Shown: in pieces, positions 47,440-56,400 of the stretch | Layout of the letters: every line of letters begins with the position of its first letter | How positions within the stretch are numbered: position 1 is the stretch's first letter | DNA from: an uncultured bacterium | Lineage (GTDB): Bacteria; Patescibacteriota; Microgenomatia; Levybacterales; UBA12049 | NCBI GenBank assembly: GCA_963826535.1 | Contig: CAWGXL010000011.1 | Span: 128,809-192,808 of the forward strand | Length of the DNA stretch: 64,000 nt | Direction of reading: 5' to 3' | Made by a program: the position numbers and the translations under genes | The notes under the pieces: generated by a model | What the model was told of the DNA's origin: nothing | The model's input: the letters and a program-made list of their open reading frames with translations, nothing else | Databases searched by the model: none

Positions 47440-49008
47440 TTATTCTAAACTGATAGTAAAATCAGCGGTAAATAATTTATTGTCAGGATTAAACTCCGCA
47501 AAAACTCTATAAATACCGGGCTTTATTGGTCCGTATAAACCTAAAGGCAGGAACTTCACATCAGGACCACCGTTTTCGCTTGGTTTTGGAGCTACCAGAT
47601 TTGCAGGATGAACATGTAAATAATCATAGGTTTTCTGATTGATCATGACTAAATGACCGAATGAAGCGAGGTATGGCTTGAGTGTTGTAATAGGTTGTTT
47701 TGAAAAAGCATCTTTGATTGTAAAGGTAAGCTCCTGTTGGCCAACAGATAGTAGTTGCGCTTTGAGGGGTTTGGGGTAATTCAAGGTAACTTCATAATTT
47801 CCAAAAGTTTTTGAAAGAGCACTATCAGGCTGTGCATTTGAAACTGTTGTATTCACTACATTCCCAACATTTAGAGTAAAAGCAAATTGTTGCTCAATTG
47901 CACCTAGCGGCTGGAAGCCTTTGTAGAGATGATATATACCTATCTTGGGAAATTGTGTTGTGATATTAAACTCACTTGCGTTTTGTGCCGGGTGGATGTG
48001 ATTGAAATAATTTAACTCGCTATCAACGATGATAAGGTGACTAGGCCTTTCATATACTCTCGCGAATAGATTGACCCGGTTTCCGCTGGCAGCATCATAT
48101 ACCTTAAAAGTAAGCGGCACATCCTGGTTTGGCCTTACAATTTCCGGGTGGTCAAAATCAACTGTGAAGCGTCTTGTTTTATCTCCTTTGAGTCCGGGAA
48201 TATTTGGAAGACTATTAGATCCTAAATTTGAGTTGCCAAGCTGAGCTTGTTTGGCAATTTGAATATGTTGTGCATGTATTCCAAGAGATGATAGAGAATC
48301 CTTAGGAATTAGAGTCAGAAAAAAATAAGATGCAACAATCCCTATAACTAACGCAAAACTTATTCCAAACTGTGGAGCAAAGACAAGTTTCTTTTGCAAA
48401 AAAGCATCAAAACGCAGTGCTTCTAGTGCTAAAAGAAACATTAAAGCGATAAAAAGAATTTGAGGAATTAAGGTAGATAAATCATAAAAATGTGTCCCTA
48501 ACATTAAAGCGTGAATCAGGATAAAAACACCGGCTAAGTAGACAAAGCGATGGAGAAGTTTCCATCTTGGAAATGTCAATTTTGCAATAAAAGCGTCGAA
48601 GGAAGTTAAAGCCATAAGAAAAAGAATAATAAGTGCTATAAAACTTAGAGTTATAGCAAGCAGATATTTATCGCTTAAAAAGCCTAGCCCTTGAAAACCT
48701 CCCAGTTGGCCGAAAAATGACAGAAGCGCATGGAGCAAACCAAAATAAAAAGCGGAGACACCAATTGCCCGACGAGCTTTTAAGAACTGATCCCGAAATG
48801 GAAATTTTTGAAAAGAAAAACATAACGGCCCGACTAGTAGAGCTAAATATAAAAACGCAAGCGCTGTAAGAGCATAGATTTGCTGAAGACGGATTAGCTG
48901 TGTTTGCTCAGAGGAAGAAGTTGAAGTCACCCAGTAATAAACTCCAAGAGAGAATATCAAGCTAAAAACTATTACATAAAATCGTATATTCTTTAATAAA
49001 GAATCCAT
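47440..49008 (-). CDS. membrane protein: N-terminal ferric-reductase-like (di-heme b) TM domain plus C-terminal duplicated His-rich extracytoplasmic domain
   Basis: TM helices carrying paired His ('LLHALLSF', 'LLHRFVYLAGVFILIHALML'). The C-terminal half has two repeats, each with 'HxHP' ('FNHIHPAQ', 'YLHVHPAN') and a 'GIY' block. Confidence 0.45.
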   Translation of the reverse strand: MDSLLKNIRFYVIVFSLIFSLGVYYWVTSTSSSEQTQLIRLQQIYALTALAFLYLALLVGPLCFSFQKFPFRDQFLKARRAIGVSAFYFGLLHALLSFFGQLGGFQGLGFLSDKYLLAITLSFIALIILFLMALTSFDAFIAKLTFPRWKLLHRFVYLAGVFILIHALMLGTHFYDLSTLIPQILFIALMFLLALEALRFDAFLQKKLVFAPQFGISFALVIGIVASYFFLTLIPKDSLSSLGIHAQHIQIAKQAQLGNSNLGSNSLPNIPGLKGDKTRRFTVDFDHPEIVRPNQDVPLTFKVYDAASGNRVNLFARVYERPSHLIIVDSELNYFNHIHPAQNASEFNITTQFPKIGIYHLYKGFQPLGAIEQQFAFTLNVGNVVNTTVSNAQPDSALSKTFGNYEVTLNYPKPLKAQLLSVGQQELTFTIKDAFSKQPITTLKPYLASFGHLVMINQKTYDYLHVHPANLVAPKPSENGGPDVKFLPLGLYGPIKPGIYRVFAEFNPDNKLFTADFTISLE

Positions 49009-49062
49009 AATACATTTACGCCTATAAAGCTAATTTTTGACAATTTCCAACCGAGATAAGTT

Positions 49063-49521
49063 TTATTTTGTCGGTTGTCCAAACGCAGGTGTGTTTGGTG
49101 TAAAAGGCAGTGTACCTTCTCTGGAAATGTAAGCGTCATAACCACCTTTTATCAATAAATCGTGTTGTTGGCGAACACAAATGGCGTCATATGCGCCACA
49201 CACTATTACCGGTCTTCCTCTGGGAACATCAGCTCTTTGAGATGGCCCGGCAGTTGTGTAATCAAAATTATTTTCTATAATGCCTATTTCTTTAAGCAGC
49301 ATTTGGCGGGTTTCTTCGTCTATTTCTTGATCGCTTTTAATTACATTCTTATGGACTACGACATAGAATGGTGACCTATCTTTAACTTGTCCGGTTTCAT
49401 CAAAAAACTCTCGATAAGACCTAACTAGCGGAGTATTTATACGCTCTTTAAGTACTAATGCTCTTTGGTGTTCAGCATCCGCCTTATCAAGAAGAGTATC
49501 TATATCAATATATTCACCCAT
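49063..49521 (-). CDS. hypothetical protein
   Basis: 152-aa ORF with no confident motif. Confidence 0.35.
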   Translation of the reverse strand: MGEYIDIDTLLDKADAEHQRALVLKERINTPLVRSYREFFDETGQVKDRSPFYVVVHKNVIKSDQEIDEETRQMLLKEIGIIENNFDYTTAGPSQRADVPRGRPVIVCGAYDAICVRQQHDLLIKGGYDAYISREGTLPFTPNTPAFGQPTK

Positions 49522-49605
49522 ACTTATATTGTATCAGAAGCAAATATTGCTTTGTAGATATGTATGTATTGACAAAAAAGTAACCACTGTATATACTTTG
49601 GTTAT

Positions 49606-49881
49606 ATGCAGACAGTTATACACATAAAAGCGGACAGAGAGGTTAAAGAGAATGCTATGAGTGCAGCAAAAGAGCTTGGACTTACATTAAGCGATGTCAT
49701 AAATGCGGCACTGCGAAATTTCATCAGAACAAGAGAGGTTATTTTTACTTCGCGGCCGCGTATGACGCCGGAGCTTGAAAAGTTACTGAACAAGGTTGAG
49801 TCTGATATTAAAAGGAAAAGAAACCTTTTCGGACCTTTTACAAACTCTGAGGAGATTGACAAATTTCTTGATTCTCGATGA
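49606..49881 (+). CDS. dinJ: type II antitoxin, DinJ/RelB family
   Basis: N-terminal ribbon-helix-helix-like 'VIHIKADREVKENAMSAAKELGLTLSDVINAAL'. 4-bp overlap with the downstream toxin. Confidence 0.65.
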   Translation: MQTVIHIKADREVKENAMSAAKELGLTLSDVINAALRNFIRTREVIFTSRPRMTPELEKLLNKVESDIKRKRNLFGPFTNSEEIDKFLDSR

Positions 49882-50135
49882 AAGTTTATCTTCATAAAAG
49901 TTTTTTTAAGGGCTATAAAAGGCTAAACAAATCACAACAAAATAAATTTAAAGAAAGAAAAAATCTGTTTCTCCTAGACGAATATAATCCAATTCTCAAT
50001 AATCATTCTCTTACTGGCCAGTACAAAGGATACAAAAGCATAAATGTGAGCGGGGACTTACGAGCGATATTTAAACAGAATAAAGAAATCGTGATTTTTG
50101 TAGCGGTTGGCTCTCATAGTAAATTGTATGGCTGA
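49878..50135 (+). CDS. yafQ: type II toxin, YafQ/RelE family mRNA interferase
   Basis: 'SLTGQYKGYKSINVSGDLRAIFKQNKEIVIFVAVGSHSKLY' is the RelE/YafQ C-terminal signature. Confidence 0.65.
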   Translation: MKVYLHKSFFKGYKRLNKSQQNKFKERKNLFLLDEYNPILNNHSLTGQYKGYKSINVSGDLRAIFKQNKEIVIFVAVGSHSKLYG

Positions 50136-50189
50136 ATGGTTATTTAGTAAGGGATTTTTATTGAGGCTATTTTATGGTAAGATATATTT

Positions 50190-52943
50190 ATGCTCAAATA
50201 CTTCTCAAAATTCTTAGATTCCAATATCCGGGAAATTAATCGCTTCAAGCCTGTGGTTGCGGAAATAAACGCATTGGAGGAAAAAGTAAAAAAATTAAAG
50301 GACAAAGACTTTGCGAAAAAAACGCAGGAGTTAAAGCAACGAGTTGCAGATGGAGAAAAGCTAAATCAAGTTCTTCCCGAAGCATTTGCGCTTGCCCGCG
50401 AGGCATCACGACGCGCAAGCGGTCTGCGTCACTTTGATGTTCAGCTTATGGCAGCAATGACACTCGCGCAGGGAAAAATCGCAGAACAGAAAACGGGTGA
50501 GGGGAAAACGCTCTCTGCTGTTCCTGCCTTATACTTACATAGCTTGACCGGACGCGGAGTACACTTGGTTACGGTGAATGATTATCTTGCCCGCCGCGAT
50601 GCAGGCTGGATGGGACCAATTTTCAATCTGCTTGGCGTTTCCGTATCCTCCATTATCAACAACCAGTCATTTATTTTTGATACAACCCACACAGTAGAAG
50701 ACACAAATGATTTCCGTCTGCGACATCTCAAACCTGTGGATCGTAAGCAAGCATATGCGGCTGATGTAACTTATGGCATTAACTCGGAATTCGGTTTTGA
50801 TTATCTGCGTGATAATATGGCACCTGACCTCAACAGCGTTGTGCAACGAGGATATTATTACGCGATCGTTGACGAGGTTGATTCTGTACTAATAGATGAG
50901 GCGAGGACTCCGCACATTATTTCCGCCCCTGATGAAGCTCCGTCTCAGCGGTATTATGAATATGCTAAGGTAGTTGATAAGTTGACTTCTGTTCTTGATT
51001 ATAAAATCGACGAAAAATTACGCACCACACATCTGACTGATCACGGTATTGCTAAAATTGAGAAACTATATGGCATTACAGACATTTACGAAAAAGATTT
51101 TGACACAATCTACCATTTAGAGGCGGCACTCAAAGCCCGTGCGCTTTTCCATAAAGAGAAAGATTATATTGTGAAAGACGGACAGGTAATTTTAGTTGAC
51201 GAATTTACAGGAAGGCTTATGGAGGGCAGAAGACTCTCAGAAGGAATTCATCAAGCAATTGAAGCCAAAGAAGGAGTCGCGATTCAGCGCGAATCCAAGA
51301 CACTGGCTACGGTTTCACTACAGAATTACTTCCGCATGTACGAAAATCTCGCAGGTATGACCGGCACGGCGCTTACGGAAGCCGAGGAGTTTCGTAAGAT
51401 ATATAAGCTAGATGTCATAGTTATTCCAACTCATGTTAATGTAACGCGTAAGGATGCACGGGATGCGGTTTACAAGACAGTCAATGCCAAATTTACAGCA
51501 GTTGTTTCCGAAATTGAAAGGGCGCATAAAGCGGGACAGCCAATTTTGGTCGGTACTACATCTATAGATAAAAACGAAATTATTTCGCAAATGCTAAAAA
51601 GAAAAGGCATAAAACACGAACTCCTCAATGCCAAAAATCATCTTAAAGAAGCACAGATCATCTCCGACGCAGGAAAAAAAGACGCAGTCACTATAGCAAC
51701 CAACATGGCGGGACGCGGTGTTGATATAGTGCTCGGCGGAGATATGCCCAAGCATAAAGACGGCAGGCCTAAGACCGAAACTCCGGAGTATAAAGCATGG
51801 GAGAAAGGCCACAAAGCAGTTGTAGATCGCGGCGGTCTATATGTCATTGGCACCGAGCGTCATGAATCGCGGCGCATTGATAATCAATTACGCGGACGTT
51901 CGGGGCGGCAAGGGGATCCCGGGGATTCCCGTTTTTTTGTCGCGTTAAATGATGATATTATGCGCCTGTTTGGCGGAGACCGGATCGCAGGAATTATGAC
52001 CAGATTTAACATGCCTGAAGATGTACCGCTTGAACATCCACTAGTTTCCAAATCCATTGAAAATGCCCAGGTAAAAGTGGAAGGATTTAATTTTGATAGC
52101 CGTAAACATCTCGTTCAATACGATGACGTACTTAATAAGCAGCGCGAAATTGTTTATAGGCTGCGACGAACGATCTTAGAAAAAGCAGCCACTGGGGACG
52201 CGACGCTCAAAGATGAGGTCCAAAAACGACTTTATCATGCCATCAAAACGTTCGTGGATGTATCTATCGCGCAATTAAATATTGAACCGGGGGCGATCAA
52301 TGAAAAAATTGTCGAGGATTTCACAACTATTATTCCTTTTGACGAAGCTTCCAAAAAGCAACTCGTTACCCAATTGCAACAAAGGCAACTACCAGAGGAA
52401 AAAACAGAATTCCTTACAAAAATAATCGATGATCTTTATATCAAACGCGAAGAACAGATCGGTAGTCCTCTCATGCGTCAAGTCGAAAAAATTGTCATGC
52501 TTTCGGTGCTGGATAATCTCTGGATGAACCATCTTGACGCAGTGGATAACCTCCGCCAGGGAATCGGACTTCGCGGTTATGCTCAGAAAGATCCATTGGT
52601 TGAATACAAAAACGAGGGCTATCGTATGTTCGAACAGCTTATGTGGGCAATTGACGATGAAATAGTCCACAGAATATTCAAAGTCCAAATCCAGGGGGAA
52701 CAACAGCTCCAACAACCACACGTCCACGTTCACGCAGTCACCAATACACCGGCAAGTGAAATTGGTGAGGATGCGAAAAGAGTGCAGGAAGTACAAAGAA
52801 ATCGCAGAACAGTAACTCAACCGGCAACCGCTGCAGCAATTGTCGGTTCAGCAGATCTTCAGAAAAAACTGGGGCGCAACGATCCTTGTCCATGCGGGTC
52901 AGGAAAAAAGTGGAAGAAGTGCCACTATCCAAATATTCCCTAG
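50190..52943 (+). CDS. secA: preprotein translocase ATPase SecA
   Basis: Walker A 'EQKTGEGKTL', DEAD-like 'VDEVDSVLIDEARTP', and C-terminal zinc finger 'CPCGSGKKWKKCH'. Confidence 0.95.
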   Translation: MLKYFSKFLDSNIREINRFKPVVAEINALEEKVKKLKDKDFAKKTQELKQRVADGEKLNQVLPEAFALAREASRRASGLRHFDVQLMAAMTLAQGKIAEQKTGEGKTLSAVPALYLHSLTGRGVHLVTVNDYLARRDAGWMGPIFNLLGVSVSSIINNQSFIFDTTHTVEDTNDFRLRHLKPVDRKQAYAADVTYGINSEFGFDYLRDNMAPDLNSVVQRGYYYAIVDEVDSVLIDEARTPHIISAPDEAPSQRYYEYAKVVDKLTSVLDYKIDEKLRTTHLTDHGIAKIEKLYGITDIYEKDFDTIYHLEAALKARALFHKEKDYIVKDGQVILVDEFTGRLMEGRRLSEGIHQAIEAKEGVAIQRESKTLATVSLQNYFRMYENLAGMTGTALTEAEEFRKIYKLDVIVIPTHVNVTRKDARDAVYKTVNAKFTAVVSEIERAHKAGQPILVGTTSIDKNEIISQMLKRKGIKHELLNAKNHLKEAQIISDAGKKDAVTIATNMAGRGVDIVLGGDMPKHKDGRPKTETPEYKAWEKGHKAVVDRGGLYVIGTERHESRRIDNQLRGRSGRQGDPGDSRFFVALNDDIMRLFGGDRIAGIMTRFNMPEDVPLEHPLVSKSIENAQVKVEGFNFDSRKHLVQYDDVLNKQREIVYRLRRTILEKAATGDATLKDEVQKRLYHAIKTFVDVSIAQLNIEPGAINEKIVEDFTTIIPFDEASKKQLVTQLQQRQLPEEKTEFLTKIIDDLYIKREEQIGSPLMRQVEKIVMLSVLDNLWMNHLDAVDNLRQGIGLRGYAQKDPLVEYKNEGYRMFEQLMWAIDDEIVHRIFKVQIQGEQQLQQPHVHVHAVTNTPASEIGEDAKRVQEVQRNRRTVTQPATAAAIVGSADLQKKLGRNDPCPCGSGKKWKKCHYPNIP

Positions 52944-52996
52944 ATGGCATGCTTGTTTCACCTTCCAGGTAAAGGATTGTTCATCGGATATCAGCT

Positions 52997-53476
52997 ATGA
53001 AAGTTGAAAACATTAAAACAGCACAAAGAATAATTGAAAAAGTTTTATATATCACAATTGCTACCGTGACAAAGAGTGGTACTCCTTGGAACACTCCAGT
53101 TTTTAGTGCTTATGATAAAGATTACAACTTCTATTGGGGATCATATAGCGATAGTCAACATTCAAAAAACTTAAGAGCTAATAGTAATTTATTCTTAGTG
53201 ATCTATGACTCTACTGTTCCTGCAGGGACAGGTGAAGGTGTGTATGTCAAAGCTCGTGGGATAGAGTTAGAGGATTCTGAAGAAATCGCATTCGCGCATA
53301 ACCTTCTTAATAAACGACACTCGGTGCCGTATTGGAAAATAAAACAAGTAAAAGGCGCAGGCCCAATCCGCCTATATAAAGCAGTCCCTCAAAAATTCTG
53401 GTTAAACGGAGAGGGCGAGATTAGGGGAAATTATATTGACAAACTAGAGGGAATTGACCTGTCGCATAATGAGTAA
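52997..53476 (+). CDS. pyridoxamine 5'-phosphate oxidase-like FMN-binding split-barrel protein
   Basis: 'LYITIATVTKSGTPWNTPVFSAYD' and 'LFLVIYDS' match the PNPOx-like fold pattern. Confidence 0.45.
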   Translation: MKVENIKTAQRIIEKVLYITIATVTKSGTPWNTPVFSAYDKDYNFYWGSYSDSQHSKNLRANSNLFLVIYDSTVPAGTGEGVYVKARGIELEDSEEIAFAHNLLNKRHSVPYWKIKQVKGAGPIRLYKAVPQKFWLNGEGEIRGNYIDKLEGIDLSHNE

Positions 53477-53562
53477 AGATAATATCAAGAATTTAGCCGG
53501 AGCAAGTTTGTAACTTGCTCCGAAATGTTACTACGGCGAGCATAGAGGCTAATCCACGATTT

Positions 53563-53584
53563 TACAAATTTACGCAAATTTGTA
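53563..53584. promoter_or_regulatory. inverted repeat TACAAATTT-acgc-AAATTTGTA upstream of hicB
   Basis: 9-bp perfect arms with a 4-bp spacer, about 105 bp upstream of the hicB start. Confidence 0.3.
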
Positions 53585-53624
53585 AAAAAATATTTACACC
53601 CATGAAATTTATATGGTAACCTAT

Positions 53625-53650
53625 TTGGATAACATTTCAAAAAATGCTAC
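53625..53650. repeat. ~35-bp repeated motif, copy 1 (TTGGATAACATTTCAAAAAATGCTAC)
   Basis: Shares the core CATTTCAAAAAATGC (itself an inverted repeat GCATTT/AAATGC) and the left flank CCTATTTGGA with the copies at 54197 and 55836. Confidence 0.45.
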
Positions 53651-53687
53651 TTTTAGAATACATATTAACAGAGTATAATACAGGTAT

Positions 53688-53936
53688 ATGAAGAAACGTG
53701 AAATAAAAACTAATACATTTACATTTCCCGTCATCATAGAAAAAGATGAAGATGGGTTTTTCGTTGCTGATTGTCCTGATCTTCAGGGATGTCATACACA
53801 AGGAAAAAGCTTAGAGGAGGCGATAACAAATATCCGGGACGCGATCAAGATACATGTCAAAATTTTGCGAGAAGATAAAGAAGAAATCCCCCAACTAGAA
53901 GCTGTAAGCTTAACTTCATTACAAATAGCAATATAA
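53688..53936 (+). CDS. hicB: HicB-family antitoxin (UPF0150)
   Basis: 'FPVIIEKDEDGFFVADCPDLQGCHTQGKSLEEAITNIRDAI' matches the HicB/UPF0150 fold signature. Confidence 0.75.
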   Translation: MKKREIKTNTFTFPVIIEKDEDGFFVADCPDLQGCHTQGKSLEEAITNIRDAIKIHVKILREDKEEIPQLEAVSLTSLQIAI

Positions 53937-54169
53937 TGTCGAAATTGCCGCAAGTCAAAGCAAGAGATTTAATCAAAATAGTCGAAAAACTTGGTTTTGC
54001 TTTTAGAGACCAAAGCGGTAGTCATGCGGTTTATATTCACTAGGATGGAAGAAGAACGACCATCTCGGTTCATCCAACAGACACAATTGGAACAGGATTG
54101 CTGACAAAAATAATCAAGAAAGATTTGCAAATTAGCAGAAATGATTTTCTTAAATTGCTTAAAAAATAG
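53936..54169 (+). pseudogene. hicA: HicA-family toxin with in-frame TAG at codon 36 (54041-54043)
   Basis: Translates to 'MSKLPQVKARDLIKIVEKLGFAFRDQSGSHAVYIH*DGRRTTISVHPTDTIGTGLLTKIIKKDL', i.e. the HicA 'GSH...HxDGRR...HP' signature split by a stop. TAATG overlap with hicB. Confidence 0.65.
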
Positions 54170-54196
54170 AAGCTAATGGGCTTGTGTGGTAGCCTA

Positions 54197-54230
54197 ATTG
54201 GATGGCATTTCAAAAAATGCCAATATCCTC
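54197..54230. repeat. ~35-bp repeated motif, copy 2
   Basis: AATTGGATGGCATTTCAAAAAATGCCAATATCCTC, 28 nt after the hicA stop. Confidence 0.45.
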
Positions 54231-54295
54231 AGGTTCCGTAGGCGTGAAGACTATCACACTCAGGATTTGCAAACACCTAGCTATAAGGTATGGGT

Positions 54296-54726
54296 TTATT
54301 CTAAAACAGAAAGTAGTTTTAATTTTATTTCTTCTTTTAACTCTCCTTGTTCAATAAGCGATTCGATAATTTCTGATAGTAAATCTTTATCTATTCTCTT
54401 CTGAGCTACCCATAATACAATATTTTCCATTTCTATAATAAATGTACCCACCCTACGTCCATAACCATTAATTTCTAAAAAAAACCCCCTAACGCAATAG
54501 CGGATCGTTTATTGCCATCTGAGAAAGCGTGATTCATTGCAACAGAATAAACAATATGCGTTAGCTTATCTGATATAGTTGGATAGTATTTGTCATTCCT
54601 GACGTGCTCAATTACACTTTCAAGAAGTCCGACATCATGCATTCCTAAAGATCCACCCGAGATCTCTATTATCTTGTCATGCGTTTGGATTGCATGCTTA
54701 AGATCAAAGTAAAGAATCAAAAACAT
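54296..54726 (-). pseudogene. doc: Doc/Fic-family toxin, -1 frameshift in an A8 homopolymer (54477-54484)
   Basis: N-terminal frame gives '...HAFSDGNKRSAIALGGFF*' (Fic motif HxFx[DE]GNKR). The remainder '(L)EINGYGRRVGTFIIEMEN...' continues in the +1 frame; one more A would restore 'GGFFLEINGY'. Confidence 0.7.
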
Positions 54727-54730
54727 AGAT

Positions 54731-55756
54731 TTATTTATCTTTTAGCCGTTTAAACACCTCTTTATTTTCTTTTATTCTTTTTTCTAATTCTTTACTTTTT
54801 TCCCCAAGAAATCTTTCAAATTCTTCTGTATTTAAGGGCTGTATATAATTACTTAATTCTGGATGAATAATACCTCGTAAAGCATTATCTCTGCTGGACA
54901 TTTTTATTCTTACTACTTCAATTTGTGGTTTCCAAATAGGATTATTCTCAAATTCTCCAAATAGCTGATTGGTTTCTTCTTCATTTAATTTTCTTTTTAG
55001 CTCTTCAAATTTCTTTTTTATTTCGTGGGCTAAACCGGTTTCATATGAAGCTATTATTGTTAATACCTCTGCGTACATCGTATCTCTCATATTGTCTTCT
55101 TTAGTTAATTCCAATATATTCTTATATTCATGAGCTTTTTCTTTAAAAATACTAGTATAAATTTTATTAGTATAATTTAAATATTTAATATTACCACCCA
55201 TGTTTACGTAACGTTTTAATGCTTCCAAGAATTCTTTTCTATAATTTTGCCCTATATACAAACTAATTAAATAATCATCATCTCGTTGATTTATATATTT
55301 TGTACTTCCGCCTGTTTTTTTACTAACTACATCTATAACAATATTAAGAATTACACCTCTTAAAATACGTGCTTTTTCACTTTCTTTTAAGAGCATTCCT
55401 AAGTTTAAAAATGCTCTAAAATTAAATAAACCAAGGTTTCTAGTTTTGCGAGTGACATTGATGTCACTCGCAAATTGATTCGTGAAGCTAGCCAGTCTAT
55501 CTCCTGTTAAAACTTCATAACCATTTTCTTCTAACTCATCGCTATATTTAGCTAAATATCTACGTAATGTTCGGAGGTCAATTTCATAAAAAGAAATTAT
55601 TTGTTCAGCAGTATATCTGTATTCATTTTCAAATTTAACTCCTTTTATGCCGACCGCTTTTTGAGCATGCTCCAATGCAAAAGGATTGTTTAGTATGTTT
55701 TTTCTATCTAATGCGGAGCTATCTAACTTTGCAGGTGCTTTACGTTTCACGACCAT
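54731..55756 (-). CDS. rhuM: RhuM-family protein (commonly paired with Fic/Doc)
   Basis: 'AEQIISFYEIDLRTLRRYLAKYSDELEENGYEVLTGDRLASF' resembles the RhuM N-terminal region. 4-bp gap to doc. Confidence 0.65.
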   Translation of the reverse strand: MVVKRKAPAKLDSSALDRKNILNNPFALEHAQKAVGIKGVKFENEYRYTAEQIISFYEIDLRTLRRYLAKYSDELEENGYEVLTGDRLASFTNQFASDINVTRKTRNLGLFNFRAFLNLGMLLKESEKARILRGVILNIVIDVVSKKTGGSTKYINQRDDDYLISLYIGQNYRKEFLEALKRYVNMGGNIKYLNYTNKIYTSIFKEKAHEYKNILELTKEDNMRDTMYAEVLTIIASYETGLAHEIKKKFEELKRKLNEEETNQLFGEFENNPIWKPQIEVVRIKMSSRDNALRGIIHPELSNYIQPLNTEEFERFLGEKSKELEKRIKENKEVFKRLKDK

Positions 55757-55835
55757 ATTATATCATTATTATTTGTTAATTTGATAAGATAATAAACAAG
55801 GTTGCACATAAATGAGGAAGAGTCCGGTACCCTAT

Positions 55836-55868
55836 TTGACAAACAATTCAAAAAATGCCAATATCCCA
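55836..55868. repeat. ~35-bp repeated motif, copy 3
   Basis: TTTGACAAACAATTCAAAAAATGCCAATATCCC, about 80 bp upstream of the rhuM start on the minus strand. Confidence 0.45.
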
Positions 55869-55962
55869 ATATTCCTTAAATTTCCCATGTGGTATATCTG
55901 TAACCACCTCCCAAACTTATCAATCTAGTATTTTCAGATAGCTTGATTTATAATCAGATTAT

Positions 55963-56394
55963 ATGAAAATGAGCTTTATTATTTATATAGTTATAGGGGC
56001 AATTATACTCGGCGGACTGTTCTTTGTTTTCAAACCGAAAACGCAAAATTCCATAACCCCAAATTCTCAAGTAACGACGGGAGAAAAAAAAGAATCAACA
56101 CGAAATGAGGTTACACCGCAGTCAAATAAAAAAACATTTGACTTAGCCATTAAAAATAAACAAATTGTTTCCGGTGAGCAAACTTTAAAGGTTAATCAAG
56201 AGGATGAAGTAACTATTATGATTACGTCAGATGTGGCGGATGAATTCCATCTTCATGCTTATGATAAGATTGTAAAGCTTGAGCCAAACATACAAGCGAC
56301 GCTCACCTTTACAGCAAATCTTTCCGGGAGGTATCCTTTTGAACTTGAGCAATCGGGAACAGAACTTGGTTTTTTGGAAGTACAACCGAAATGA
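55963..56394 (+). CDS. membrane-anchored cupredoxin-like protein
   Basis: N-terminal TM; C-terminal 'VTIMITSDVADEFHLHAYD' His-x-His and a beta-rich pattern. Confidence 0.4.
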   Translation: MKMSFIIYIVIGAIILGGLFFVFKPKTQNSITPNSQVTTGEKKESTRNEVTPQSNKKTFDLAIKNKQIVSGEQTLKVNQEDEVTIMITSDVADEFHLHAYDKIVKLEPNIQATLTFTANLSGRYPFELEQSGTELGFLEVQPK

Positions 56395-56400
56395 TTGTAA

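Noticed and set aside
53936-54169. Interpreting the in-frame TAG in hicA as stop-codon reassignment
   Set aside because: All other genes in the window, including conserved rpoB, rpoC, secA and serS, use TAG/TAA/TGA as normal stops with no internal stops. An isolated nonsense mutation is far more parsimonious.
54198-54404. 68-aa plus-strand ORF between hicA and doc
   Set aside because: Antisense to the frameshifted C-terminal half of doc. The doc reading frame explains the open frame.
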